From NCBI GenBank assembly GCA_013626165.1, contig NDHX01000006.1, positions 2,060-66,059 on the forward strand: a stretch of 64,000 nt of DNA. The letters are read 5' to 3'. The stretch's first letter is position 1, and every line of letters starts with the position of its first letter. Positions 1 to 9,804 of the stretch are shown here, in pieces. Both the position numbers and the translations under genes were made by a program. Below the pieces are notes generated by a model. That model ran no database searches, had not been told where the DNA came from, and was given only the letters and a program-made list of their open reading frames with translations. The DNA comes from Candidatus Velesiimonas alkalicola. GTDB lineage: Bacteria; Omnitrophota; Gorgyraeia; Velesiimonadales; Velesiimonadaceae.

Positions 1-44
1 TGGTGGTTAACAGCCACTCGCTCTACCAACTGAGCTACGGGGGA
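1..44 (-). tRNA. tRNA-Asn(GTT), 3' part cut off by the window edge
   Basis: Reverse complement TCCCCCGTAGCTCAGTTGGTAGAGCGAGTGGCTGTTAACCAC: D-arm and anticodon loop CTGTTAA. Confidence 0.9.
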
Positions 45-98
45 ATACAATAAAATAGCAAATGACAAATATCAAAATATCAAAATCCTCAATAAAAC

Positions 99-1688
99 TT
101 AAAAACTTAATTTGATAAGTTTCACACCGGTTATATTTTTAGAATTTTTAATTTGTTCAAGTACATTATCAGGCACTGCACTATCAATATTTAAAACTGT
201 TATTGCTTTTCCACCCGGTTTTTCTCTTCCAAATGTCATACCTGCTATGTTTATGTTATTCTTACCTAATATACTCCCTACACTTCCTACAATACCCGGA
301 ACATCTATGTTGTCAATAAGAAGCATATTGCCAGAAGGACTCACATCAACATAGAACTGATTTATTTTTACTATCCTTGGGTTTTTCTTTGTAAAAAGTG
401 TGCCTGCAACGGTATTCTCTACTTTGTCTGTTTGGACACAAACAGATATAAGATTTGCAAAATCTGAAAAAGTTGTTGATTTGGATTCAACAATCTTTAA
501 GTCTCTTTCCTGTGCTATTATCATTGCATTTACATAATTAACAGAACTTCCTACAACAGGAGTAAGAAATCCCTTTATAGCTGCGCGGCTTACCATACCA
601 ACATCAAGCAAAGACACATCTCCACTGTAGACTATGGATACTTCTGATACATACCCTGTTAAAATTTGCGCTTGAATAAGCCCTATCTTTTCTGCAAGGT
701 AAAGATAAGGCTCAAGCCCTTTCATTGCCTCTATCCCCAATGATGGTATATTTACAGCATTCTTAATCCCTTTTCCTGTTAGCGCATCTTTTATAAGATA
801 AGCAATCTCAACTGCAACAGCAGCCTGTGCCTCTTCTGTAGAAGCCCCCAGGTGCGGGGTCATAATCACATTTTCAAGTGAATAAAAAGGGTGTTCTTTT
901 TGAGGAGGTTCTTTTTCATACACATCAAATGCTGCACCGGCAACCTGTTTGCTTTTTATAGCCTCTGCCAGAGCAGTCTCATCTATGATGCCGCCTCTTG
1001 CACAGTTTATTATACGAACACCTTTTTTTGTAATGGACAGTTCTTTTGCTCCTATTATATACTTTGTTTCTTCTGTTAGAGGTACATGAACGGTTATGTA
1101 GTCTGCCTTATCAAGCAGTGTGTTTAATTGGACAAGTTCTATATCCATCTTTGATGCCTTGTCCAATGAAATAAAAGGATCATATGCCAGAACCCTCATT
1201 CCAAAAACGGATGCCCTTTTTGCAACTTCTGTTCCGATTCTCCCAAGCCCTATGATACCAATGGTTTTGCCTTGAAGTTCAACACCCATCCATTTTTTTC
1301 TATCCCATACACCAGACTTTAAAGATATATTTGCCTGGGGTATATTTCTTGAAAGTGCAAGCATCATACTGAAAGTGTGTTCTGCTGTTGAAATGGTATT
1401 ACCGCCCGGTGTATTGATAACAACAATACCCTTTTTTGTTGCAGCATCAACATCAATGTTGTCAACCCCTACACCTGCTCTTCCGATATACTTTAAATTT
1501 TTACCAGCGGATATAACCTCTTTTGTAACCTTCGTGCTACTTCGGACAATAAGGGCGATATACTCGCCTGCACAGTTCAATAACTGCTCGGGGGTTAGTT
1601 TTGTATGGACATCTACCTGAAAAGTTTTTTCCTGTTTTAAAATATTTATACCCTCTTCTGAAAGAGAATCGCTTATAAGTATTTTCAT
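99..1688 (-). CDS. serA: D-3-phosphoglycerate dehydrogenase with C-terminal ACT domain
   Basis: RAGVGVDNID, GIIGLGRIG Rossmann motif, TPHLGASTEEAQ, ACT domain. Confidence 0.96.
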   Translation of the reverse strand: MKILISDSLSEEGINILKQEKTFQVDVHTKLTPEQLLNCAGEYIALIVRSSTKVTKEVISAGKNLKYIGRAGVGVDNIDVDAATKKGIVVINTPGGNTISTAEHTFSMMLALSRNIPQANISLKSGVWDRKKWMGVELQGKTIGIIGLGRIGTEVAKRASVFGMRVLAYDPFISLDKASKMDIELVQLNTLLDKADYITVHVPLTEETKYIIGAKELSITKKGVRIINCARGGIIDETALAEAIKSKQVAGAAFDVYEKEPPQKEHPFYSLENVIMTPHLGASTEEAQAAVAVEIAYLIKDALTGKGIKNAVNIPSLGIEAMKGLEPYLYLAEKIGLIQAQILTGYVSEVSIVYSGDVSLLDVGMVSRAAIKGFLTPVVGSSVNYVNAMIIAQERDLKIVESKSTTFSDFANLISVCVQTDKVENTVAGTLFTKKNPRIVKINQFYVDVSPSGNMLLIDNIDVPGIVGSVGSILGKNNINIAGMTFGREKPGGKAITVLNIDSAVPDNVLEQIKNSKNITGVKLIKLSF

Positions 1689-2833
1689 AAATCTGCTCTT
1701 TCTATAAATACTTTTTCTGCTGCTTTTAATCCAACGCCTGCCTGCATTTTATAACCCATCTTTATCAAAACAATCTCTAATGCGCATAATGCTACACAAA
1801 CATCCCATTGCGTCATATAACCCATTGTTGCAATCCTGAATATCTTTCCTTTAAGTTCTTCCTGTCCACCTGCAATTCCGACCCCATATCTGTCTCTAAG
1901 TGTTTGGACAAGTTTTTCACCATCTATACCGGCTGGAACATTTACAGCGGTAACCGCATTGCTTGCGCCTTGCTTGGGGAAAAGACACAAACCCATGGCC
2001 GCAATAGCCGCTCTTATTGCATCTGCCATTGTTTCGTGTCTGTTCCATATATTTTCAAGGCCATCTGATTTTATCATTTTCAAGGCCTCGGCAAGCCCTA
2101 TGATAAGGCTTACTGCTGGTGTAAATGGTGTGTCTGTCTTATCAAGTGCTTCTTTTGCCTTTCTCAAATCAAAATAGTATCTGGAAGATTTTGAAGACTC
2201 TACTGACTTCCATGCTTTTTGATTCAATGCAATAAATGATAATCCCGGCGGTATCATTAAACCTTTTTGTGAACCTGCAACAACAACATCCACTTTCCAT
2301 TCATCCATATGAAACGGAACAGAACAAAGCCCGCTTATGGCATCTACAACAAGAACCGCATCTGTTGAAGAAACAACACTTGCAATCTCTTTTATATTAT
2401 TTGTAACACCCGTTGATGTCTCAACAAGTGTAGTAAAAACAGCCTTTACACCTGGATTTTTATTAAGTAATTCCTTTATCTGATATGCTGAAACAGCCTC
2501 ACAGGATGGGATATCTATATAAAGGCAGGTTATATTGTAAGCCTCACATATTTCACCAAATCTTTCGCCAAATTTTCCACCTCTTACAATAATTGCCTTA
2601 TCTTCTGCAGATAAAAGATTTGCAACCGATGTTTCCATTGCACCTGTTCCGCTTGAAGCAAAGATATACACATTTTCTTTTGTCTGAAACACATACCTTA
2701 AATCTTCTTCAACCTCTTTCAGTACTGCCTGAAATTGAGGTGTTCTGTGATGAATAATCGGTTGCGCCATTGCAAGAAGAGCACTTTCCGGGACAGGTGT
2801 AGGACCTGGGGTCAGAAGGTAATTTTTTTGCAT
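1685..2833 (-). CDS. Class V PLP aminotransferase (serine-pyruvate/phosphoserine aminotransferase-like)
   Basis: LLTPGPTPVP, SGTGAME, VDAIS, GSQKGLM; overlaps serA start. Confidence 0.9.
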   Translation of the reverse strand: MQKNYLLTPGPTPVPESALLAMAQPIIHHRTPQFQAVLKEVEEDLRYVFQTKENVYIFASSGTGAMETSVANLLSAEDKAIIVRGGKFGERFGEICEAYNITCLYIDIPSCEAVSAYQIKELLNKNPGVKAVFTTLVETSTGVTNNIKEIASVVSSTDAVLVVDAISGLCSVPFHMDEWKVDVVVAGSQKGLMIPPGLSFIALNQKAWKSVESSKSSRYYFDLRKAKEALDKTDTPFTPAVSLIIGLAEALKMIKSDGLENIWNRHETMADAIRAAIAAMGLCLFPKQGASNAVTAVNVPAGIDGEKLVQTLRDRYGVGIAGGQEELKGKIFRIATMGYMTQWDVCVALCALEIVLIKMGYKMQAGVGLKAAEKVFIERADL

Positions 2834-2841
2834 TTCTCTTT

Positions 2842-3438
2842 CTATTTTTTAGTTTTTCTTAAAAGCACAACCTCATCTATTATTCCGTATTCTTTTGCCT
2901 CCTGTGAGGACATATAAAAATCCCTGTCTGTATCTTTCTGTATTTTTTCAAGAGACTGTTCTGTATGTTTGGCAATAATAGTATTAAGGTTGTCCCTTAA
3001 TTTTAGTATCTCTTTTGCCTGTATGCTTATGTCTGCTGCGGCGCCATGCACTCCTCCCCAGGGCTGATGTATCATAACCCTTGCATTGGGAAGAGAATAC
3101 CTTTTACCTTTTGTACCTGCGGCAAGAAGAACAGCTGCCATACTTGTTGCCATGCCGACACAATATGTTGCAACATCGCACTGTACATATTGCATTGTAT
3201 CATATATGGCAAGCCCGCTTGATACAGAACCACCTGGGCTATTCAGATATATGTTTATGTCTTTAGAAGGGTCTTCCATCTGTAAAAAAAGCATCTGGGC
3301 TATTACAAGATTTGCAACTATATCATCAATAGGAAAACCAATAAATATAATTCTCTCTTTAAGTAATCTTGAATATATATCATATGCCCTTTCTCCGCGT
3401 CCTGTTTGTTCAATGACCATTGGTATCAATCCATCCAT
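2842..3438 (-). CDS. clpP: ATP-dependent Clp protease proteolytic subunit
   Basis: [32 protein letters not shown]. Confidence 0.97.
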   Translation of the reverse strand: MDGLIPMVIEQTGRGERAYDIYSRLLKERIIFIGFPIDDIVANLVIAQMLFLQMEDPSKDINIYLNSPGGSVSSGLAIYDTMQYVQCDVATYCVGMATSMAAVLLAAGTKGKRYSLPNARVMIHQPWGGVHGAAADISIQAKEILKLRDNLNTIIAKHTEQSLEKIQKDTDRDFYMSSQEAKEYGIIDEVVLLRKTKK

Positions 3439-3484
3439 ATTTCCCCCTCTTTTCTCTTGCTTGTGAGCCGATTACTTGTTATCT

Positions 3485-4780
3485 TTAGTTTCTCAGAGTC
3501 TCTATCTGTTCAACATTTGCGTTTTCCAAAAGAAAATTTAAGACCTTGTCTTCCGTAATTCTGTCATAAAGCCCATCAATTGCATTTTCCTTTTCTAAAA
3601 TCTTACGCATTTCAGAAGGTTTTTGGTCGTAGTGAAGTGCCATTTGTAAAACAGCACCGTTCACCTCTTCTTCTGTTGCTACAAGATTTTCTTTTTGTGC
3701 AATTGCGGTAAGTAAAAAATTTTGTTTAGTAAGACGGTCGGCAACCGGTTTTAGTTCTTCTAGGATTTTTTCTTCCTGCTTATTTATCTCTTCTACCGGA
3801 ACACCTTTTTTAAAAAGATCCACTTTTTGTTCCCTTACAAGTCTTTCAAGTTTAAATTTTGCCTGGCTCTGCGGAATATCTATACTTGTTTTTTCAAGTA
3901 AATGGTCAATAATCTGCTGGAAGCAATCTGCCTTGCTCTGGTTTCTTACGTTTTTTTCAACATTTTTTTGAACAAACTCTTTCAATTGCTCAAGGTTGGA
4001 AAATTTCATCTTCTTTGCAAGTTCATCATTTAATTCAGGAATACTTCGTTCCATTATTTCTCTAATATTTATTTTAAATTTTGCATCCTTTTCCCAATAT
4101 TCTACTTTTCCAACACGCTTTGGAACCTTTGCATCTATTTCTTTTGTAGCACCTGTATTAAGTCCCACCAATTGAAAAAGAACCTCCCGTAGATCAGAAC
4201 TTGCATCAACAAAAAACCATACACCTTTTTGTTTTTCTTCTCCTACACCGGGAACAGTAAAAACTATATCACACCGTATATAATCCCCGACTTGAATGGC
4301 CCTTGACTTAACCTTTTTAAAAACAGCAAACTTGTCCTGTAATTCTTTTAACACACCCTGAATATTCTCGTCTTTTACCTGTATCTTCTGTTTTTTTACT
4401 TTTATATTTTTATATTCAGGAAGATTAACCTCGGGGGCAACATCTACTATCATTGAAAACTGTAAAGAACCTCCCGGGTTATAATCAACCTTTGTAATCT
4501 CAGGAATGCTCACAGGTGTGAATTTTAAATTTTCCCATGCAATTGTAGATGCTTCCGGGATAATTTTTTTAATGGTTTGTTCAACTGCAAAAGAATTAAA
4601 CTGTTTTTCTACAATTTCACGAGGAGCATTTCCTTTTCTGAAACCAGCAATTTGGGCATTTTTAAAAATATCTTCAAAAATCCGTTTATATACTACCTGA
4701 AAATCCTGTTGTGAAACCTCTGCAAACACTTCTTTCCTGCAACCTTCGGAACTCTGTACTTTCGCACTTAAAAGATTCAT
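3485..4780 (-). CDS. tig: Trigger factor
   Basis: GFRKGNAP ribosome-binding signature, 431 aa, tig-clpP synteny. Confidence 0.92.
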   Translation of the reverse strand: MNLLSAKVQSSEGCRKEVFAEVSQQDFQVVYKRIFEDIFKNAQIAGFRKGNAPREIVEKQFNSFAVEQTIKKIIPEASTIAWENLKFTPVSIPEITKVDYNPGGSLQFSMIVDVAPEVNLPEYKNIKVKKQKIQVKDENIQGVLKELQDKFAVFKKVKSRAIQVGDYIRCDIVFTVPGVGEEKQKGVWFFVDASSDLREVLFQLVGLNTGATKEIDAKVPKRVGKVEYWEKDAKFKINIREIMERSIPELNDELAKKMKFSNLEQLKEFVQKNVEKNVRNQSKADCFQQIIDHLLEKTSIDIPQSQAKFKLERLVREQKVDLFKKGVPVEEINKQEEKILEELKPVADRLTKQNFLLTAIAQKENLVATEEEVNGAVLQMALHYDQKPSEMRKILEKENAIDGLYDRITEDKVLNFLLENANVEQIETLRN

Positions 4781-4924
4781 CTATTTCCTTTCTTTAATAT
4801 AATTCCGTTTACCGTTCTCCGTTCACCGTCACCAGTCACCTGTCGCCATTTTTCCCCTACCTATCACCTCCTACTTCTTATGCCAGTCACCAGAGCATCT
4901 GTTACCTGTCACCCATCGCCACAT

Positions 4925-4956
4925 TTATATGGAGCGGGTGATGGGAAATTGAACCA
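4925..4956 (-). repeat. Duplicate of the tRNA-Gly 3' end (T loop plus acceptor stem)
   Basis: ttatatggagcgggtgatggga occurs at 4925-4946 and 5072-5093. Confidence 0.85.
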
Positions 4957-5076
4957 TCGCTTATGCTCTTTAAGGGAAAACCAATGTTTTTCCCTTAATG
5001 TTCTCTTTCCTTTTAAAACACAGGGGAAAACTAACCTTTTCCCCTGAGACCCCTTTGGTGGTTCAAATCCCTTATA

Positions 5077-5152
5077 TGGAGCGGGTGATGGGATTTGAAC
5101 CCACGACTTCCACCTTGGCAAGGTGGCGCTCTACCGGCTAAGCTACACCCGC
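5077..5152 (-). tRNA. tRNA-Gly(GCC)
   Basis: GCGGGTGTAGCTTAGCCGGTAGAGCGCCACCTTGCCAAGGTGG...GGTTCAAATCCCATCACCCGCTCCA. Confidence 0.96.
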
Positions 5153-5177
5153 AGAAAAGTACAGAAACTACCCCAAG

Positions 5178-5260
5178 TGCGAGGGGCGGGAGTTGAACCC
5201 GCAATCGCAAAGCGAACTAGCTCCTAGGGCTAGCGCGTATGCCAGTTCCGCCACCCTCGC
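5178..5260 (-). tRNA. tRNA-Leu(TAG), long variable arm
   Basis: GCGAGGGTGGCGGAACTGGCATACGCG-CTAGC-CCTAGGA-GCTAG...GGTTCAACTCCCGCCCCTCGCA. Confidence 0.9.
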
Positions 5261-5288
5261 TCAAAGCGGAATTTTGGCTCACACATAA

Positions 5289-5364
5289 TGGTACGCCCTG
5301 ATGGAATTGAACCATCAACCAACGGATTAAGAGTCCGCTGCTCTACCGATTGAGCTAAGGGCGC
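5289..5364 (-). tRNA. tRNA-Lys(CTT)
   Basis: GCGCCCTTAGCTCAATCGGTAGAGCAGCGGACTCTTAATCCG...GGTTCAATTCCATCAGGGCGTACCA. Confidence 0.96.
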
Positions 5365-5446
5365 TAAAAAAACAGGACCTCCCTCGGATCTTTAATAATT
5401 TGGGAGCGTTTGTTTTTTCCCCTCTATAATGGTAGCATTGTCGGCA

Positions 5447-5941
5447 TTATCTGGGCAGGACAGGACCCGGTGGAACCCCCACATTAAGAGAGTCGCATTC
5501 TGGACACTTCTGTATCATAAGGCCTGGTCCTATCTCCATCGCCACAGGGTCATCAATGGGTTTAATTGCATAAATATAATCGCAATCAAAACACTTCATT
5601 GCTCTGTTAACTGTCATTTTCCTACAGACAGAGCATCTCATGGGGAATTCTTGCGCACCAGAAATTTTCTTAACTGACAAACTTGCTGGTCCACAAGGCT
5701 CACACACAAGGTTAGCCTCGTAATAATACTTTTTAGGAATAACCATACTAATGATTATCCACAGGCAGATAATGATAACTTCTACCTATTGGAAGAGTGC
5801 ATTTCACAATCTACCAAACATAAACACATGTGATAATACTTTTCAGGAAAAAATCTTACTGATGATTATCACCAGGCAGATAATGATAATACCTACCAAT
5901 ACTGCTGCTACCAGTTTATTTTTTTTCCACTCTGCTGCCAT
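5447..5941 (-). pseudogene. Membrane-anchored Cys-rich (four CxxC) protein interrupted by a degenerate internal duplication
   Basis: RBS+ATG at 5941 gives MAAEWKKNKLVAAVLVGIIIICLVIIISKIFS*; the CxxC ORF resumes at 5746 after a diverged repeat of the same segment. Confidence 0.5.
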
Positions 5942-6030
5942 ATACCCTCCTTGTTTTTTCCTCTTTTACCCACTTAGAAGCGAATATTTTATAGTTTACC
6001 AAACATAAACATAAAAGTCAATATTTTTGG

Positions 6031-6139
6031 ATTTGCGAGGGCTCAGGCCTGAAGTAATCCTGTCGTTGCGAGGGCTCAAGCCCGAAGCAGTCTCATCTTT
6101 ACTGTGATTGCCACGTTCTTTTCAGTTGCTCGCAATGAC
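6031..6139. repeat. REP-like palindrome cluster (GTCATTGCGAG...GAAGCAATCTC family)
   Basis: ttgcgagggctca..gaag twice, followed by gattgccacg...ctcgcaatgac; relatives at 30498-30545 and 55804-55884. Confidence 0.7.
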
Positions 6140-6189
6140 TAACAAAAAAACGTGCCTGACTTTAATAATAAGCCAAGACAGGGCTCTGT

Positions 6190-9100
6190 CTATTTCTTAA
6201 ACTTAACGGAGACAACTTTTGAAATTCCATGTTCTGCCATTGTAACACCATATATAACATCTGCAATTTCTATGGTTTTTTTATTATGTGTAATTATCAG
6301 AAACTGTGAGTCTCTGACAAAGTCTTTTAAAAGTTTTATAAATCTTCCGATATTGCTTTCATCAAGGGGGGCATCTATTTCATCTAATATACAAAACGGA
6401 CTGGGCTTTACCTTGAATATGGCAAATAAAAGAGAAACTGCTGTAAGAGCTTTTTCACCTCCTGAAAGAAGTGCAATGCTTTGAAGTTTTTTACCCGGCG
6501 GCCTTGCAACAATTTCAATACCACTTATAAGGGAATTTGCAGGGTCTAAAAGAAAAATATCAGCCTCGCCTCCACCAAACAATTGTCCGAAATAGGTTTT
6601 GAAATGTTCTCTGACTTTTTCAAATGTTTGTGTGAACATCTCTTTTGCGGTTTTATCTATTTTTTCTATGGTCTTTAAAAGTGAGTCTTTTGATTGTACA
6701 AGGTCATCATGCTGTTGGGTTAAAAAATCAAATCTTTCTTTCAGTTCCCTGTTCTCCTCTATGGCACCCATATGGACCTGACCCATCTGTGCAATCCGCT
6801 CTTTTGATTGACCTATCTGAGTTGCTATCTGGTCCCAATGTTCAAGAGTATCTCTTCCTGTTAAATCAATCTCAATGTGATATGCTCCTTCTATGTGCAT
6901 TTTTATTGTTTCTATATTCTTGTCTATCTGGATAATTTCTATTTCAACATCTCTTTCTTGATTTTTTAAATCTTCTATCAGATTTCTTATATTTTGTAGC
7001 ATATTGCTATTTTCTTCAAAAGATTGTCCTGCTTTGTTCTTACTGTCTTCTTTTTCAGAAAGGATTTTCAAAAAATCATTTTCTTTTTGCCTGAATATCC
7101 AAAGTTCCTGTTCTAACTGAAAGTTATTATTTCTTATATCTTCAATTCTTGTTTTATTTTGCTCAATCTCTGCGGTTTTATCCTGTAAAGAATGATTTTC
7201 TGTTTCAAGGGATTTTTGCAAGACATGCACCGTTTCAAAAAAATGTTTTTCCTGATTTTTAAGGTTTGCCAGATGCCCTTCAATTTTAGTTTTATGAATA
7301 GCAATTTCCTGTTTTGAAAGATTTATCTGTTGTATGGATTTTTCGGCATCTAAAAGTTGATTTTCTGCAGTTTTTAGCTCAGACTCTATTTTTGATATAT
7401 CCGAATTAAGGATGTTGTTTTTGGTTTTTATCTGTTCAGCTTCTTCCTGTGTCTGAACTATATCAGTTTCTATGATTTTTTGCTCCTGCGTTATTTTTTC
7501 CATATTCTGTTTTGCAATGTTAAGGACTGTAAGCAGATGTGCCAGTCGTTCGGACTTTTGTCTTATCATTTCCGTAAAACCTGAAATCTCTTTGTTAAGA
7601 CTGTTTTCTTTATCTGTCAAAAAAAAGATCTGACTTTTCATTTCTGAGATACTATGTTCAATCTGTGATGTTTCTTTTTCTGCCTGACTTAATCTTGCCT
7701 GCCTTCCTATAACGCTTATATCTGAGATGTTTAAAGAACCGGTTGTAATGGTATATCTTGTTATGATATCTCCGTCTAATGTAACAAGTTTTATCATATC
7801 AGGACAGTCTTTTAAAATATTCTTTGCCTCTTCTATATTTTTTACACACCATACATCTTTTAATATCTCTTTAAACATTTTCTCCATCTCTTCCGGGACC
7901 TGTATACAAGAGGTGAACCTGCAGGCTCCCTGAATCTGCATATTATCATTTATAAGGGACGGGTCAATGCTGTCAGAGAGAATAAATGTTGCTTTTCCTA
8001 GGTCTTTTTGTTTTAATATCTGTGCTGCAATAAGTGCGGTATCTATATCTTTACAGATAAGAAATTTTGCAATTTCTTCAAGTTGTGATTCAACTGCTTT
8101 CTCAAATCCTTCCCTGGCCTGCATATACTGTGCAAGTGTCCCTTTAATATTTGATAACCTGCCGGCATCAACCTCGTCAAGTACTGCCTTTACACCGCTT
8201 TTGTATCCCTGATGATCTTTCTCAAGGGTTTTAAGCATTTCTGTTTTAGAAATACTTGCAGAATGCCTTTTTTCATATTCTAAAAGTTTTTCTGCCTTGT
8301 TTTTTTTCTCGGTTGATATAATCTGTATTTGCGAAAGAATACCATCCCTGCCCACTTGAGCCTTCTGTATTTTTATGTTTATTTTTTCAATATCGGCACC
8401 GAGTGTATCTATGTTTTGTAAAACAGTATCTTTTTGTTTCTGTATCTGCTCTGTATCTGCTCTGTATCTTTGAAGCCTTATACCGAGTTCATTAAGTTTG
8501 GCATTTATATTTAGGTATTCGTTTCTTAGGTTTGCTCTTTTTGTCTGGAGTTCAAATATTTTTTCTTTTAACTGTTTTAAGACAGATTGCTTTGCTTCAA
8601 ACTGGTCTATAATTGTTTTTTCTTTATCTGCCACAGAAGAAATCTCTGTCTCTATGTTTGCTATATCTAATTTTGTCTGCTCCTTTTTTTTTATAATTTC
8701 TGAAATCTGAGATTCAAGTGCATCTTTTCTTACCCCCAAAGATTCTATATCAGATAAAATCTTCAGGTTTGAAGAATTTAATTTATCAGACCATTCTTTG
8801 TTTGTATTTATCTTTTCCTGTGCTGAAAGTATAGAACCTTGAAGAGCTATCTGTTCAGCCTTTGTATTGGCAAGTTTTTGTTCTAACTGAAAAAATTCAT
8901 TTTTTAATTTTTCTTCATCTTCCTGTGATTTTTTAAGCTCATCAGATTTGGCTTTTATCTGTGCTAATATCTGCTCTGCTTTATCTTTAACACAGGCCCT
9001 CTGTGCCATAAGAAGAAGTCCTTTGTGCGTTGCTAATTTAACTTCCATAGAACGAAGAGTTTCAAATTCTTCTTTGTATCTTTGCGCCTTGACAACCTGT

Positions 9101-9768
9101 CTCTGTATAGAATTTAACTGCCTGTTTACTTCTGTAATTATATCATTTATACGAAGTATGTTATCTTCTGTTTCTATGAGTTTTCTTTCTGCCTCACTTC
9201 TTTTTGTCTCATACATTGTAATTCCTGCTGCTTCTTCAAACACAACTCTCCTGGATTCCGGTTTTGATTCAATAATCTGTGCCATCCTTCCCTGATCCAT
9301 AAATGAATAAGCAGATGCTCCTATACCTGTGCCTGCCAAAAGTTGTTCAATATCTCTTAGCCGCACAACAGTGCCATTTAACCAGTATTCACTTTCGCCC
9401 GCCCTGAACAGTTTTCTTGTAATTGTAACCTCATCATAGTCAATGGGAAGAATTTTTGAAAAGTTGGAAAAAACTACGCTTAATTCCGAAAGGTTCATAG
9501 GGGGGACCGTCTTGGTTCCGTTGAATATAAGGTCTTCCATTTTTGAAGCCCTTAAAAGGCGAGGATTTTGCTCGCCGAGGACCCATCTTAAACCATCGGA
9601 TATGTTTGATTTACCACAGCCATTCGGACCAACGATTGAGGTAATACCGGGTTCAAATACCAGTTCTGTTTTGTCTACAAAGGATTTAAAACCCAATAGT
9701 GTAATACGCTTTAAAAAATGCTTATCTTCCAATGCATCTCCTGTTTTAAGAGCCTGTGAGCACAACAT
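6190..9768 (-). CDS. smc: Chromosome segregation protein SMC (true start probably the TTG near 9732)
   Basis: GFKSF, GPNGCGKSN Walker A, hinge, coiled coils, LSGGEK, LDEIDAPLD. Confidence 0.97.
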   Translation of the reverse strand: MLCSQALKTGDALEDKHFLKRITLLGFKSFVDKTELVFEPGITSIVGPNGCGKSNISDGLRWVLGEQNPRLLRASKMEDLIFNGTKTVPPMNLSELSVVFSNFSKILPIDYDEVTITRKLFRAGESEYWLNGTVVRLRDIEQLLAGTGIGASAYSFMDQGRMAQIIESKPESRRVVFEEAAGITMYETKRSEAERKLIETEDNILRINDIITEVNRQLNSIQRQVVKAQRYKEEFETLRSMEVKLATHKGLLLMAQRACVKDKAEQILAQIKAKSDELKKSQEDEEKLKNEFFQLEQKLANTKAEQIALQGSILSAQEKINTNKEWSDKLNSSNLKILSDIESLGVRKDALESQISEIIKKKEQTKLDIANIETEISSVADKEKTIIDQFEAKQSVLKQLKEKIFELQTKRANLRNEYLNINAKLNELGIRLQRYRADTEQIQKQKDTVLQNIDTLGADIEKINIKIQKAQVGRDGILSQIQIISTEKKNKAEKLLEYEKRHSASISKTEMLKTLEKDHQGYKSGVKAVLDEVDAGRLSNIKGTLAQYMQAREGFEKAVESQLEEIAKFLICKDIDTALIAAQILKQKDLGKATFILSDSIDPSLINDNMQIQGACRFTSCIQVPEEMEKMFKEILKDVWCVKNIEEAKNILKDCPDMIKLVTLDGDIITRYTITTGSLNISDISVIGRQARLSQAEKETSQIEHSISEMKSQIFFLTDKENSLNKEISGFTEMIRQKSERLAHLLTVLNIAKQNMEKITQEQKIIETDIVQTQEEAEQIKTKNNILNSDISKIESELKTAENQLLDAEKSIQQINLSKQEIAIHKTKIEGHLANLKNQEKHFFETVHVLQKSLETENHSLQDKTAEIEQNKTRIEDIRNNNFQLEQELWIFRQKENDFLKILSEKEDSKNKAGQSFEENSNMLQNIRNLIEDLKNQERDVEIEIIQIDKNIETIKMHIEGAYHIEIDLTGRDTLEHWDQIATQIGQSKERIAQMGQVHMGAIEENRELKERFDFLTQQHDDLVQSKDSLLKTIEKIDKTAKEMFTQTFEKVREHFKTYFGQLFGGGEADIFLLDPANSLISGIEIVARPPGKKLQSIALLSGGEKALTAVSLLFAIFKVKPSPFCILDEIDAPLDESNIGRFIKLLKDFVRDSQFLIITHNKKTIEIADVIYGVTMAEHGISKVVSVKFKK

Positions 9769-9804
9769 TCCTGTTTTTGTAAGAATAGGAATGAAAACTT
9801 AAAA

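Noticed and set aside
4909-5121. 70-aa ORF with a repeated PSPAPYK
   Set aside because: Translation of tRNA-Gly and its duplicated 3' end
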